DNA of 64,000 nt from an uncultured Aureispira sp. (GCA_905480485.1 CAJQQM010000061.1:3704-67703); one strand, 5' to 3'; positions 40,062 to 51,005 are shown, numbered from the stretch's first letter. The notes: a model not told the origin generated them from the letters alone. A program made the numbers and translations.

Positions 40062-41225
40062 ATGAGAATAATTTTTTCCAACACCACCTTTCTTTTTACC
40101 CTTTTATTTTCAGTAGTAGGGTTGTTTTCAGTTTCTTGTACTTATGGACTCGATGAATTCTCTGACTACCTACCCAAATACCGAAAATTTAATGCTAACT
40201 ATCAAATTGACAAAATAGAATATCGAAAATCGAGCACGGTTATTTTTTTTCGATTTGTTGTCCAAAAAACAGAAGATCATGCATTTTATGGTGCAAGTCA
40301 TCCCAAATCGTGGTATCTACGCACACCACCACGCAATCGGTCTTACCGACAAAAATATCATCAAAACGAATTAGCCAATATTGCCGTCAACAACGAAATA
40401 ATTTTAAACTCTTTATCTAATATTCCAGAAGTCCATTATCAATTCAACAAAGGCGACGTAGTTACATGCGAACTTCATTTCGATCGTTTTGATACTCAGA
40501 TAAGAATGTTAGATTTGATCGATGGAGAAGGAGGTGATTGGGATAAGCGTAAATTTAATTGTTTTGATATCATGATTAAAACAAAAAACAATCCTTTATT
40601 GGGGAAGTCCGAAAATGTTCAACTTCTCGTCAGTTCCTTTGAGAAAACATTTGATTATACACAACCTAAAGTAGATCGAGTAGAACCAATCGTAGCGAGC
40701 ACTTCCGCGGCGTCTAATCCTTTCGCCAAGACCAAGAAAAGGAGTTCAAGTGCTTCTATTACGGGTTCAACAACGGTCGTATCTAGTCGTGGGCATAGCC
40801 GAATAAATGGATCAAAAGCTACAGAACCAATTGATTATATGCCATCTGCACTCAAATCATCAGATGATTTACAATGCAATACAAGAATCTACATGCCCAA
40901 TGTCGTATTTAAAGAAAATGAGGTTCGATTTTCCGGAAGACTACGCGCCATTCAAAATTTAAAAATTATTGTCGAATACCTTGACGACTACAAAGACGCG
41001 CGCATCAACTTGTACGGACATACCGATATCTACGGAAATAAGAAGCGTAATATGGAATTATCCAAAGAACGAGCTATTTTTGTCAAGCGAGAATTAGTTA
41101 AAATGGGAGCATCTTCCGATCAGATTAATACTTTCTACTTTGGTGGCGAACAACCACTCAAAAAGTATCCTTATGGATCGGATCTAAATCGACGCGTGGA
41201 AGTAGAACCTATCTGTTCAAAATAA
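40062..41225 (+). CDS. OmpA-family protein (probable lipoprotein) with an N-terminal domain of unknown function
   Basis: Signal peptide with FSVSC; C-terminal GHTD..G....NMELSKERA...NRRVEV. Confidence 0.82.
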   Translation: MRIIFSNTTFLFTLLFSVVGLFSVSCTYGLDEFSDYLPKYRKFNANYQIDKIEYRKSSTVIFFRFVVQKTEDHAFYGASHPKSWYLRTPPRNRSYRQKYHQNELANIAVNNEIILNSLSNIPEVHYQFNKGDVVTCELHFDRFDTQIRMLDLIDGEGGDWDKRKFNCFDIMIKTKNNPLLGKSENVQLLVSSFEKTFDYTQPKVDRVEPIVASTSAASNPFAKTKKRSSSASITGSTTVVSSRGHSRINGSKATEPIDYMPSALKSSDDLQCNTRIYMPNVVFKENEVRFSGRLRAIQNLKIIVEYLDDYKDARINLYGHTDIYGNKKRNMELSKERAIFVKRELVKMGASSDQINTFYFGGEQPLKKYPYGSDLNRRVEVEPICSK

Positions 41226-41304
41226 GACTTGACACAGGTCAAACAAGTCTGCCTAGTGTCCGCATCCTCCAATCCAATTTTAATCCATAAATTTTTAGAA
41301 AAGC

Positions 41305-41949
41305 ATGCCTAAGTTATGTTCTGTGTTTTTAGTTTATATTTTTTTAGGGACACAACTAACGTATGCTCAAATTGGCGCAACACTAGAGGACCTTCCTGTG
41401 AGTCCAAAGAAAAATTTTGATAAAAGCTATTCTAATGTTTATTTATTCGATCATGGGTTTTTTATAGATGCTTTACTACACTATGTACACGAACATACAT
41501 TATATCAATCACAAAGCTATAATATAGCTAGAGGGGCTAGCGTCGGTATATCAATAGGGAATAAATGGTATTTTGGCCGATCTAAATTTTACCGACCCGG
41601 AATAGCATTAATTTGGGCCAAGACACATCTTGCTTTGGTCAATGATGATTTCGGTATGCCTTTGGCGCGTCTTATATTTTCTCCCTTGAATCTAGGTTTT
41701 GTACAAGTACTACGTTTTAATGATGAAACAGGGCTAGAACTAAATTTATTTGCCGGGTTTAATGGCCTTGCAATGCTTGACAATACCCTTTTTATGTTGG
41801 GTTATGTAATTCAACCGGAACTAAAATTTAGATATAAAAAACTATCAATAGGCTTCAATTTTTGTTATTTTTCTTCAGATAGCCCTTCTAATTCTAATCT
41901 TCAGCAAGAGTCTTTACTTTTGGGCTTGTCAATCGGAGGTAAATTTTAA
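41305..41949 (+). CDS. Probable outer-membrane beta-barrel protein
   Basis: Signal peptide, alternating amphipathic strands, C-terminal Phe (LGLSIGGKF). Confidence 0.6.
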   Translation: MPKLCSVFLVYIFLGTQLTYAQIGATLEDLPVSPKKNFDKSYSNVYLFDHGFFIDALLHYVHEHTLYQSQSYNIARGASVGISIGNKWYFGRSKFYRPGIALIWAKTHLALVNDDFGMPLARLIFSPLNLGFVQVLRFNDETGLELNLFAGFNGLAMLDNTLFMLGYVIQPELKFRYKKLSIGFNFCYFSSDSPSNSNLQQESLLLGLSIGGKF

Positions 41950-41980
41950 TTTCTTGTGCCAATAATAAGTATATAACTGA

Positions 41981-43639
41981 ATGAACGAACTTAAATTTTC
42001 AGCAACTAACCGAGCATTAATACAGCGTAGTGCCTTTTCCGAACCTTTTGATTTACTAGTGATTGGAGGGGGGATTACAGGGGCAGGGATTGCTCTAGAC
42101 GCGATTACTAGAGGGCTAAAAGTCTTACTGGTAGAAAAGAAAGATTTTGCCTGGGGAACATCGAGTCGTTCTACCAAGCTAATTCATGGTGGACTTCGCT
42201 ACCTTAAACAAATGGAGTTTGGATTGGTGCATGAAGTAGGGGTAGAACGCGCAATTGTTCATAAGAACGCTCCACATATTGTTTTGCCTGAAAAAATGTT
42301 GTTACCGATCATAGAGGAAGGTTCGCTTGGTAAAATGTTGAGTTCGCTTGGTTTGTGGGTTTACGATCGTTTAGCTAATGTAGAGCAAGAAGAACGACGT
42401 AAAATGCTTGAAAAAGACGAGGTAGCGCAGCTCGAACCTTTGCTTCGACAGGATGTTTTGTTGGGCGGCGGCTTGTATTATGAATACCGTACGGATGATG
42501 CTCGATTGACGATAGAAACCCTAAAAACGGCCGTTGAAAAAGGAGCAGTCGTATTGAATTACACAGAAGTTTATGATTTTATATACAAAGACAATGCTTA
42601 TGTGGGGGGGGCAAAAGTACGAGATACTCTTGATGGTTCGCTGCACGAAGTAAAAGCTAAAAGGGTCGTTAATGCAGCGGGGCCTTGGGTAGATACCCTG
42701 CGTGCTCAAAACGATAAAGATTTAGGCAAAAAAAGATTGCATTTGACCAAGGGAGTGCATATTGTGGTACCCTATTCCAAACTACCTATTCAACAATCGG
42801 TCTATTTTGATGTTGAACAAGACAATCGGATGATTTTTGCGATTCCTCGAGGAAATGTCACCTATATAGGTACAACCGATACCTTTTACGACCAAAACAT
42901 CGACCAACCCAAGGCCAATAGGGCAGATGTAGCATATATAATAGCATCCATTAACTTTATGTTTCCGTCGGCTAAACTCAATATTAGTGATGTTGAATCT
43001 ACTTGGGCAGGCTTGCGTCCTTTAATTCATCAAGAGGGTAAATCGCCTTCTGAATTGTCGAGAAGAGACGAGATATTCTATTCTGAATCTGGACTTATTT
43101 CGATTGCAGGTGGCAAGTTGACAGGCTATCGAAAAATGGCTGAACGTGTCCTTAATTTTGTATATAAAACTATGCGAAAAAAGTCGTGTTCTGTCACTCA
43201 AAATTTAGCACTTTCAGGAGGTGATTTTGATTCGCCCGAAGCAATTCAAGCGTTTATTTATCGTAGTTTTGGAGAGTCGAAGCAATTAGAAATAAGCCGT
43301 GCAGCTATCCAGAAATTATTTTCAAAATATGGAAGAAATATAAGTAAAATAATAGACAAAGCCTATGAACTTAAGCCAAGCTTAAAAGATTCAAATCGTT
43401 GTTTATTACAGGCAGAAGTTTGGTATGTTATTCATTATGAAATGACAACCAATTTATGTGATTTTTTTATTAGAAGAACCGGTATGTTGTATTTTGAACG
43501 ACCTGCTATAGCAGCAGTCTATTTAGAGGTGGCTGATATGATGGCGTCTGCCTTGAAGTGGTCTGAGGCCCAAAAAGCGGAAGCGATTCAAGAGTTTGAA
43601 CAAGAATACCAAGATGTTATGTCTTTTCAGAAAGCCTAA
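41981..43639 (+). CDS. glpD: FAD-dependent glycerol-3-phosphate dehydrogenase
   Basis: IGGGITGAG, GTSSRSTKLIHGGLRYL, TDDARL, NAAGPW, AGLRPL, GGKLTGYR. Confidence 0.95.
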   Translation: MNELKFSATNRALIQRSAFSEPFDLLVIGGGITGAGIALDAITRGLKVLLVEKKDFAWGTSSRSTKLIHGGLRYLKQMEFGLVHEVGVERAIVHKNAPHIVLPEKMLLPIIEEGSLGKMLSSLGLWVYDRLANVEQEERRKMLEKDEVAQLEPLLRQDVLLGGGLYYEYRTDDARLTIETLKTAVEKGAVVLNYTEVYDFIYKDNAYVGGAKVRDTLDGSLHEVKAKRVVNAAGPWVDTLRAQNDKDLGKKRLHLTKGVHIVVPYSKLPIQQSVYFDVEQDNRMIFAIPRGNVTYIGTTDTFYDQNIDQPKANRADVAYIIASINFMFPSAKLNISDVESTWAGLRPLIHQEGKSPSELSRRDEIFYSESGLISIAGGKLTGYRKMAERVLNFVYKTMRKKSCSVTQNLALSGGDFDSPEAIQAFIYRSFGESKQLEISRAAIQKLFSKYGRNISKIIDKAYELKPSLKDSNRCLLQAEVWYVIHYEMTTNLCDFFIRRTGMLYFERPAIAAVYLEVADMMASALKWSEAQKAEAIQEFEQEYQDVMSFQKA

Positions 43640-43648
43640 ATCAAAACT

Positions 43649-44392
43649 TTATTGACGAAAGGAAGCGCAGATAATTGCGGTTGCAACCGCCGCGTTTAGC
43701 GATTCGGCAGCTCCATTTTTAGGAATTGTAATCCGATGATTGATGCGTTCTTGCATAGCTTCACTCAAGCCCTTTCCTTCATTGCCAATCAATATTATAG
43801 CCGGCGTTTTTAGGGTGCTTTTAAATAAATTATCCCCTCCTAGCACTGCACCGTATACAGGTATTGTCTTTTGGGCATCAAAGAAATCAACTAATTGCCC
43901 GTGATGAACCGCTACTCTCAAAAACGAACCCATACTCGCTTGAATCACTTTGCTATTGTATATATCGACGCATCCTTCTGAACAAAATATTGTCTTGATG
44001 CCAAACCAATCAGCGATTCTGATAATTGTACCCATATTGCCAGGGTCTTGAATGTTTTCGAGGGCTAAGGCAATATCTGTTTCTTCCGGTAAATTTTGAG
44101 GCTTGTTGGGCATTTCAAGAACAGCCAAAACCTCTTTAGGGTTTTTGAGTGAGGATATTTTTTTGAGCTCATTTGCCCCAATTAATGTAGTTAAACTGTA
44201 ATATTTGTTGTAAATTGAAGTGTTTTTATCGATCCATAACTTTGAAGCATACAAATGTTTGATTTGGAATTTTTGCTGTTGCAAAACTTCCGCCACAATT
44301 TTAGGCCCTTCAGCGATAAAAAGATACTCCTTATGCCGGTGTTTTTTTTGGTGGAGCGCGTTTAAATATTTGATCTTCGCTTTTGATATCAT
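43649..44392 (-). CDS. TrmH/SpoU family RNA methyltransferase
   Basis: FIAEG, IQDPGNMGTIIR, IGNEGKG, ESLNAAVA. Confidence 0.92.
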   Translation of the reverse strand: MISKAKIKYLNALHQKKHRHKEYLFIAEGPKIVAEVLQQQKFQIKHLYASKLWIDKNTSIYNKYYSLTTLIGANELKKISSLKNPKEVLAVLEMPNKPQNLPEETDIALALENIQDPGNMGTIIRIADWFGIKTIFCSEGCVDIYNSKVIQASMGSFLRVAVHHGQLVDFFDAQKTIPVYGAVLGGDNLFKSTLKTPAIILIGNEGKGLSEAMQERINHRITIPKNGAAESLNAAVATAIICASFRQ

Positions 44393-44415
44393 GTATTATT
44401 CTTAATTTTCATTCT

Positions 44416-47178
44416 ATGAAATACAAATATAGCTACTATATTCTTGCATTTATTTTTGCTTGTATTGTAAGTAGTTGTGGTAATCAAAAATACCTTAAAA
44501 GCCATTCTCTTTCAACAGAAAAATCGCACAAGAGAATTTTCGAAGAACATATGGTGGTGAATAACAAAATTAGCTTCCGTGAACAAAACTACAAAATACA
44601 GGAAGACTATGATAATTTAATTTACGAAATATCGACAATAATACGTCAGGTGCCGGATCGGTCGTTCATAAAAGGCTTTCGTCAGTGGGTCTACCACCTT
44701 AATGATACATTATCGGTACCTTATAATTACGACAAAAAAACGCATGAAATAATAGCGGATACCTTGCATAGAAAATCCAATGGTCTAAAAAAATGGTTGC
44801 ATCAGAAGGTCGGTGCAGCGCCAATTATTTTGGATACTGCCCTGACGCGTGAGACGGCTGAATCTATGCAACGTTTCTTGAATAATAAGGCTTATTTTCA
44901 AGCATCCGTCGATTATTCCATCCAAAAAAAGAAACACAAAGCTACGATTAGTTATACCATTCAAACGGGCAAACCACTGCTTATTGATTCATTGGTAATT
45001 GCGTCTAAAGACAGTAGTATTAAAGCTATTTTAGAAGATATTAAAGGCAGTACGGTGCTCAAAGCACGCACGCCCTTGTCTCAAGCTAACTTATTGGCCG
45101 AAAAGAACAGACTTACCTTAGCAATTCGCAATAGAGGTTATTATGAATTCAATGCAAACTATATTGTTTTTCAGGCCGATACAGTTAATGCAAAGAAGTA
45201 TCAAGCACAAAAGAAAAAATTATTTTCTAGGCAGATTGAACAAGCCGAGCCTAGGGCAACTGTCTACCTTGAAGTGCTGCCTTTTACAGACACATCGATA
45301 CAACACCCTATATACACTGTTTCTAATGTTCTGATTACACCGAATGAATATATTTTGAAAGCGCATCAAAAGCGAAAAATTAAAAAAGATTCGTTTTTAG
45401 TGGTAGAACGCATCCTAAAAGATCGTCAACGGGTGTTGCGGCTAGATGCAGATGATTTAATGTTGCCAAATGATCTGCTCATTCGCGAAAAGTTGAATAA
45501 AAAGGGAGTAAAAATTAAGTGGGTTCAGCGTTCATTGCCGAAGGTAAAGAAAATAACCCTACGTGATCGATCGGAAATTCAAGCAGAGGATCGGTTGGTA
45601 CACATCATTCTGCGCAAAATTATCAAAAATAAAAATGGAGAAGCGGCAAGCTATCAACAAATCAAAAAAAATCAATACATCAGAGATAAAGTTATCTCTG
45701 ATGCTATCTCGATCAAATCGGGCGATTTATACAACTATAAAGACATACAAGAATCAGTCAAGTCGGTCAATAATTTGGCCGTTTTTCGCTTCCCTAGAAT
45801 TGAGTTTGTCCCTTCTTCGGATGCTAAGGCCTATCATTTAGATTGTTTGGTAAAAATGCAACCAGGTAAAAAGCAGGAATGGGGGGCGGATTTTGAATTA
45901 AATAACAACAATACAACTGCTTACAGCTCTAGTATCGGAATTTTTACGAATGTTTTTTATCGAAACAAAAACATCTTTAAAGGTGCCGAAACTTTTGAGG
46001 TAAGCGTTCAAGGAGGGATTGATTTTAAAGTGACGGGCTACGATAGCACTGCCAAAAATAATTTTATAGCCCAAGCGGTTAATTTGTTAGACATAAACCT
46101 TGAAACAAGCTTTTATATCCCTCGCTTTTTAGGACTAAATTTTATTGAGAAACTCTTCAAGATGGAGAATCCCAAAACAAAAGTTTCTTTGGGATACCAA
46201 TTTTTGCAACAGTCCTCAGATTTTCAAATTAGTTCTTTTTATACCAAAATTGGATACAATTGGAACAAAGGACCCGAGCATGCATTTATGTGGAACCCTG
46301 TTTTGGTTAATCTAACCTTAGAACCGGTCTTAGACCTTGATTTTGCAAGCTTGCTGCGTACCAATAATATAACGCTATACGAATCATTACGCGCTTCTTA
46401 TTTAATTCCAAGTATGGACTTTTCCTATACTTATGCTACACCCGAAAATAAAACGAAAGGAGGAACCTGGTTTTTTAAATCCTATTTTGAATTGTCTGGG
46501 AATTTAGCTTATCTACTAGATAAAGCGACCGACCCCAACAATGACTTACAATTTTTTGGGGTTGATTATGCGCAATATTTCAGAACGGATATTGATTTAA
46601 GATATGCCTATAAATTACATAAACGACATAGTATTGTTTCGCGTTTAATGCTTGGGATTCTGATTCCCTATGGTAATTCTGAAGGAACAGATGTGCCTTT
46701 TATCAAACGATTTACTTTAGGCGGCCCGAATTCCATGCGCGCCTGGAACTTGCGTTACTTAGGTCCTGCAGATCAAGCAGCTACTCCAGGTGCAGAGTTT
46801 CAGATGGGTGATTTGCGCTTCGAATTCAACAGCGAATATCGCTTTATGTTTTCTTCCTGGTTTGGAGGAGCTTTTTTTGTCGATGTTGGGAATATTTGGT
46901 TGTTAAACACACACAATGCTAGCACTACTCTTCCGTATCAAAACCCCAAAACTGGTGTTCTGACCGATAAGTTTTATGAGCAATTAGCCGTAGGTGCAGG
47001 ACTAGGACTTCGTGTAGACCTTAGTTTTTTCATTTTTAGATTTGATTTTGCCCTGCAGCTTAGAGAACCGCAAGGGTACAGGGTTAAAGATAATGGGACT
47101 GTACAGTATTGGAATTTTGATCCATTTGTTCTCGAGGATCGTTTTAAATTTATTATTGCCATTGGATATCCATTTTAA
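44416..47178 (+). CDS. tamL: Omp85/TamA-family lipoprotein (TamL-like)
   Basis: Lipobox IVSSC, POTRA-like region, NIFKGAE, GGPNSMRAW, FFVDVGNIW, C-terminal FIIAIGYPF; divergent from a TrmH gene. Start set at ATG 44416. Confidence 0.8.
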   Translation: MKYKYSYYILAFIFACIVSSCGNQKYLKSHSLSTEKSHKRIFEEHMVVNNKISFREQNYKIQEDYDNLIYEISTIIRQVPDRSFIKGFRQWVYHLNDTLSVPYNYDKKTHEIIADTLHRKSNGLKKWLHQKVGAAPIILDTALTRETAESMQRFLNNKAYFQASVDYSIQKKKHKATISYTIQTGKPLLIDSLVIASKDSSIKAILEDIKGSTVLKARTPLSQANLLAEKNRLTLAIRNRGYYEFNANYIVFQADTVNAKKYQAQKKKLFSRQIEQAEPRATVYLEVLPFTDTSIQHPIYTVSNVLITPNEYILKAHQKRKIKKDSFLVVERILKDRQRVLRLDADDLMLPNDLLIREKLNKKGVKIKWVQRSLPKVKKITLRDRSEIQAEDRLVHIILRKIIKNKNGEAASYQQIKKNQYIRDKVISDAISIKSGDLYNYKDIQESVKSVNNLAVFRFPRIEFVPSSDAKAYHLDCLVKMQPGKKQEWGADFELNNNNTTAYSSSIGIFTNVFYRNKNIFKGAETFEVSVQGGIDFKVTGYDSTAKNNFIAQAVNLLDINLETSFYIPRFLGLNFIEKLFKMENPKTKVSLGYQFLQQSSDFQISSFYTKIGYNWNKGPEHAFMWNPVLVNLTLEPVLDLDFASLLRTNNITLYESLRASYLIPSMDFSYTYATPENKTKGGTWFFKSYFELSGNLAYLLDKATDPNNDLQFFGVDYAQYFRTDIDLRYAYKLHKRHSIVSRLMLGILIPYGNSEGTDVPFIKRFTLGGPNSMRAWNLRYLGPADQAATPGAEFQMGDLRFEFNSEYRFMFSSWFGGAFFVDVGNIWLLNTHNASTTLPYQNPKTGVLTDKFYEQLAVGAGLGLRVDLSFFIFRFDFALQLREPQGYRVKDNGTVQYWNFDPFVLEDRFKFIIAIGYPF

Positions 47179-47222
47179 AAAATCAGTCTACTAATTATTA
47201 TTAACAATAGAATAGGCCTACC

Positions 47223-49001
47223 ATGACTATAACAGCCAAATTAGAATTATTACGAAATGAAATGAGGAATGCCTCTGTAGATGCACTTATTATTCCTGCT
47301 AATGATCCTCATCAGTCGGAATATGTCGCTCCTTGTTGGCAAACAAGGCAGTATTTTTCGGGCTTTACCGGTTCTGCAGGGCTTTTAGTGGTTTTGGCAG
47401 ATTATGCTGCACTTTGGACCGACTCAAGGTATTTTTTGCAGGCAGAAATGGAACTCAAAGACAGCGGCATTGTGTTGCATCGACAACAGGTACAGCATGC
47501 ACCGGAACATATTGCCTGGTTGGGAGAAATCCTTGCTGAGCAATCAGTGATAGGAGTAGAAGCTACTTTGTTTTCGATTCAGCAAATTGCGTTGATGCAA
47601 GCTTCGTTTAAACGTAAAAATATATCGATTCAAAATGTAGAGGGTATTAGTTCAAAGGCTTGGCCGAATCGTCCTAGCCTACCTTCAAGTATGGTCTATG
47701 CGCATGATGTACAATTTACTGGAAAGAGCAGGATTCAAAAAATTAATTTAGTAAGAGAAAAAATGCAACAGCTTGATGCTGCAAATTATTTTATTGCTGC
47801 CCTTGATGAAATCGCCTGGTTGTTAAATATTCGGGCTTGGGATATCGATTATACACCGGTTGCGCTTTGCTATTGTTTGATTACACTCGATCGTGTCGAA
47901 CTTTTTATCGAAGATTATAAAATACCCGCCGCACTTAAGTCTGAATTGGAGGAGGCCAATATATTTTGTCACGACTACAAGGAAGTTAGTCCTAGGCTCA
48001 ACAATTTAAGCCAATCTGATACTATTTATGTAGACAAAGCTTCGCTAAGTTGGTATCTGTTTACTTTCATACGATCAAAAATTATAGAAGGAACTTCTTT
48101 GATTATGCCTATTATGGCCATCAAAAACAAAACTGAAATTGGACACTTCCGTTCGGTCATGATAAAGGACGGTCTTGCTTTAACGCATTTTTTTAAATGG
48201 CTAGAGCAAAGGGTGGCCTCAAAGCCTATTTTAGAGTCTGATGTCGCTGAAAAATTAACCGGGTTTAGAGCAGCGCAAGCAGATTATGTGGGCGATAGTT
48301 TTGCCAGTATTGTAGGATACAAAAGCAATGGGGCTATTGTTCATTATCGAGCACAAGAGGCTACAGCGGCAGCTATTCAGAACGAAGGTATGCTATTGAT
48401 TGATAGTGGGGGACAGTATTTAAATGGTACTACAGATATTACCAGGATGTGTTATTTTGGCATCCCAAGCGAAGAAGAAAAAAAACATTATACTTTAGTC
48501 CTAAAAGGAAATATCGCCCTGCAAACGGCGCATTTTCCAAAGGGTACTACCGGCGTACAGCTTGATGTTTTGGCAAGAATGAATTTGTGGAACCAAGGTT
48601 TAAATTACGGACACGGAACAGGTCATGGTGTTGGTTTTTTTCTGCGGGTACACGAACCTCCTCAGGGTTTTGCTGAAAGCACAACAACAACTCGGGGTTC
48701 AACCGCCTTGAAGGAGGGAACGGTTTCATCTAACGAACCTGGTTTTTATAAAACAGGTGCTTATGGTATACGCATCGAAAACCTAATGCTATGCCAGCAA
48801 TCAACACTTCATCCAGATTTTTTGTGTTTTGAAGTTTTAACCTTGTTTCCCATCGAAACAAAGCTTATTGACAAAAACCTTTTGAGTGCCAAAGAAATCG
48901 ATTGGCTAAATAATTATCACGAAAAAGTTTATGCTTCTTTATCTCCTTTTTTGGAAGAACCTGCCAAAACCTGGTTGTTTTCAAAATGCCAAGCTATGTA
49001 G
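47223..49001 (+). CDS. Xaa-Pro aminopeptidase (M24B)
   Basis: DPHQSEY, GFTGSAG, WTDSRY, DSGGQYLNGTTDITR, HGTGHGVG, HEPP, SNEPG, GIRIEN. Confidence 0.93.
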   Translation: MTITAKLELLRNEMRNASVDALIIPANDPHQSEYVAPCWQTRQYFSGFTGSAGLLVVLADYAALWTDSRYFLQAEMELKDSGIVLHRQQVQHAPEHIAWLGEILAEQSVIGVEATLFSIQQIALMQASFKRKNISIQNVEGISSKAWPNRPSLPSSMVYAHDVQFTGKSRIQKINLVREKMQQLDAANYFIAALDEIAWLLNIRAWDIDYTPVALCYCLITLDRVELFIEDYKIPAALKSELEEANIFCHDYKEVSPRLNNLSQSDTIYVDKASLSWYLFTFIRSKIIEGTSLIMPIMAIKNKTEIGHFRSVMIKDGLALTHFFKWLEQRVASKPILESDVAEKLTGFRAAQADYVGDSFASIVGYKSNGAIVHYRAQEATAAAIQNEGMLLIDSGGQYLNGTTDITRMCYFGIPSEEEKKHYTLVLKGNIALQTAHFPKGTTGVQLDVLARMNLWNQGLNYGHGTGHGVGFFLRVHEPPQGFAESTTTTRGSTALKEGTVSSNEPGFYKTGAYGIRIENLMLCQQSTLHPDFLCFEVLTLFPIETKLIDKNLLSAKEIDWLNNYHEKVYASLSPFLEEPAKTWLFSKCQAM

Positions 49002-49068
49002 TGTATTCCTCAACAAATACGTATTGCTCTAAATGTTATTAGTTAACGATAGATAAGTAGATTTTTTT

Positions 49069-50355
49069 TTAATTTTTGCTATCCGACAGCCAACGATCAA
49101 TTTGCTGCATAAATTGATTTCTTTGTGCTGTACTCATATTTTTAATTCTGGCAGCACCATGGTCTTTGCCTGCCATGTTAAACCATAAAGCATCTACTTT
49201 ATCCGAATAAGGAACGGCGGTAGCCGACCATGTATCTAGGGCTCCATTAATATAAATAAATCGATGACCTTTCGTTTTTAACCACAGGGCTACTTTTTGG
49301 CTAAGCTGCCCGTCAAAGGGCACTTTTATTTTGTTTGGAGTGAAGGCAGCATTCGGGTTATTTTCTGTAGAAATAGCTTGTAAAAGCCCTCTAAATGGCT
49401 TTATTTGGTAACCATAATAGCCCATTTGTGCGGCTGCCTGATAATAATGTGCGGCATAGGCCTGCATATAACTGTCCGAAAAGAAATCAACATTGGAGAT
49501 TTCGAACAAATGCTCGAGTAGATGTTCGATACTAGAATCGGGAGAAGGGATGTCGCGGCAATCGCCACCCCACTGCCAAAAAGAAAAGGGGTATTCAAGA
49601 ATACTAAACTCGAAGGCCGCTTCTAAATTCAAATAATTAAACCTCAGACCTGCCCCTTTGGCATACCAGCGAACCAGGGGGAGTACTTTTTTCCTTGATT
49701 GTAGTAGTTTCTTTTGAACGGCATATATAGCATTTCGGCAAGTATCAGAACCAATGGTATCTAAAAATGCATAGATGCGTTTATCCTCTAATTCAAGATT
49801 TAAGGGAGCCACATAGGGTATGCTAATATCTACATCATCCGGATAGAAATAACGGTAAAAGATGGCGGTTTGTCCTCCTTTGCTAATACCGGTACTGATC
49901 CATTTATTTGAATAAATTGATTTAAACAACTGATTGATACGATGTAAATCGGCCGTTGCCTGTTCTAGGTTAAGGTATTGATAATCGATGCTATCTGGTT
50001 GGCTTTTTCCAAAAAAACGATGTTCAACAACGATTTGATTGGCGGATAATAGTTCAGATAATTCGTAAATCCTATTGCTATTGGCTTGATATCCCTCGCT
50101 TACGAGCACGGTATTGGCCTCTCTGTTTCGATGGCTTAAGTATACTTTCTGATAAAAAAAGCCTTTTTCGGGTGCCTTATGATCAAGAGGTTGTTTGACC
50201 CTCAATTCAAAGGCCTCTTGAAACCCATAGGGTGTTTTGTTCGGGCTAAAAAGAACATCGGGCAGTTCAAACAGTTGTCGTTCTATCGAATTAATCTGAG
50301 CGAATAGAGTTCCTGTACATAGGCACAGGCAAATTAAAAGGTATTTGTTGTTCAT
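49069..50355 (-). CDS. Secreted serine peptidase S28/S37 (tripeptidyl-aminopeptidase-like)
   Basis: Signal peptide, QPLDH, VEHRFFGKS, GISKGG nucleophile elbow, GALDTWS, DHGA. Confidence 0.85.
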   Translation of the reverse strand: MNNKYLLICLCLCTGTLFAQINSIERQLFELPDVLFSPNKTPYGFQEAFELRVKQPLDHKAPEKGFFYQKVYLSHRNREANTVLVSEGYQANSNRIYELSELLSANQIVVEHRFFGKSQPDSIDYQYLNLEQATADLHRINQLFKSIYSNKWISTGISKGGQTAIFYRYFYPDDVDISIPYVAPLNLELEDKRIYAFLDTIGSDTCRNAIYAVQKKLLQSRKKVLPLVRWYAKGAGLRFNYLNLEAAFEFSILEYPFSFWQWGGDCRDIPSPDSSIEHLLEHLFEISNVDFFSDSYMQAYAAHYYQAAAQMGYYGYQIKPFRGLLQAISTENNPNAAFTPNKIKVPFDGQLSQKVALWLKTKGHRFIYINGALDTWSATAVPYSDKVDALWFNMAGKDHGAARIKNMSTAQRNQFMQQIDRWLSDSKN

Positions 50356-50360
50356 AATCG

Positions 50361-51005
50361 TTATTCTTTAAGCGATGTTGAAATCTCGTCGGATTCGAGG
50401 GTGTATTGCCCTTCCTCAGCCCGATTCATTTGACGAATCATACAAGTAGCGACATCTTTTGCTTCTATAGCTTTGTATTTGTCTGGAATAGCAAATGAAA
50501 ATGCTGTGCTAAAAAATGCACCAACTAATTCGGCCATTCTTAATTCGGCTCGGTTGCCGAGCAATAAGGAAGGACGAAGAATAATTAAGGTGTCGAAATT
50601 GAGTTTTTTTAAGGCGTTTTCTGTGTCACCTTTCACTTTGCTATAAAAAACTTTTGATTCTGAATGAGCGCCAATAGAAGAAACGACTGCCATTTTCTTT
50701 AGTCCTTTATTCAAGGCCAAAGTGGCTGTATTAACGATATAATCAAAGTCTACTTTACGAAAGGCTTCCTGAGATCCTGCTTTTTTAATCGTGGTGCCTA
50801 AGCAACAGTATAGTTCATCTCCTTGTATTAAATTTTCATCCGGCCAATTGAAATCATATTTTATTTGATGAAGTTTGGGGTGTTTAAAAGGCAAGGGTGT
50901 TCTAACCAATACTTGTATCCGATTATATCGTTCGTCTTGGACTAATTGCTTGGTTAGTTCTGTTCCGATAAGTCCACTTGAACCAATAATTAAGGCAGTT
51001 TTCAT
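50361..51005 (-). CDS. NAD(P)-binding oxidoreductase (YraR/TIP30-like)
   Basis: ALIIGSSGLIG, CCLGTTIKKAGS, VSSIGA, FYSKVKG, RPSLLLG. Confidence 0.88.
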   Translation of the reverse strand: MKTALIIGSSGLIGTELTKQLVQDERYNRIQVLVRTPLPFKHPKLHQIKYDFNWPDENLIQGDELYCCLGTTIKKAGSQEAFRKVDFDYIVNTATLALNKGLKKMAVVSSIGAHSESKVFYSKVKGDTENALKKLNFDTLIILRPSLLLGNRAELRMAELVGAFFSTAFSFAIPDKYKAIEAKDVATCMIRQMNRAEEGQYTLESDEISTSLKE

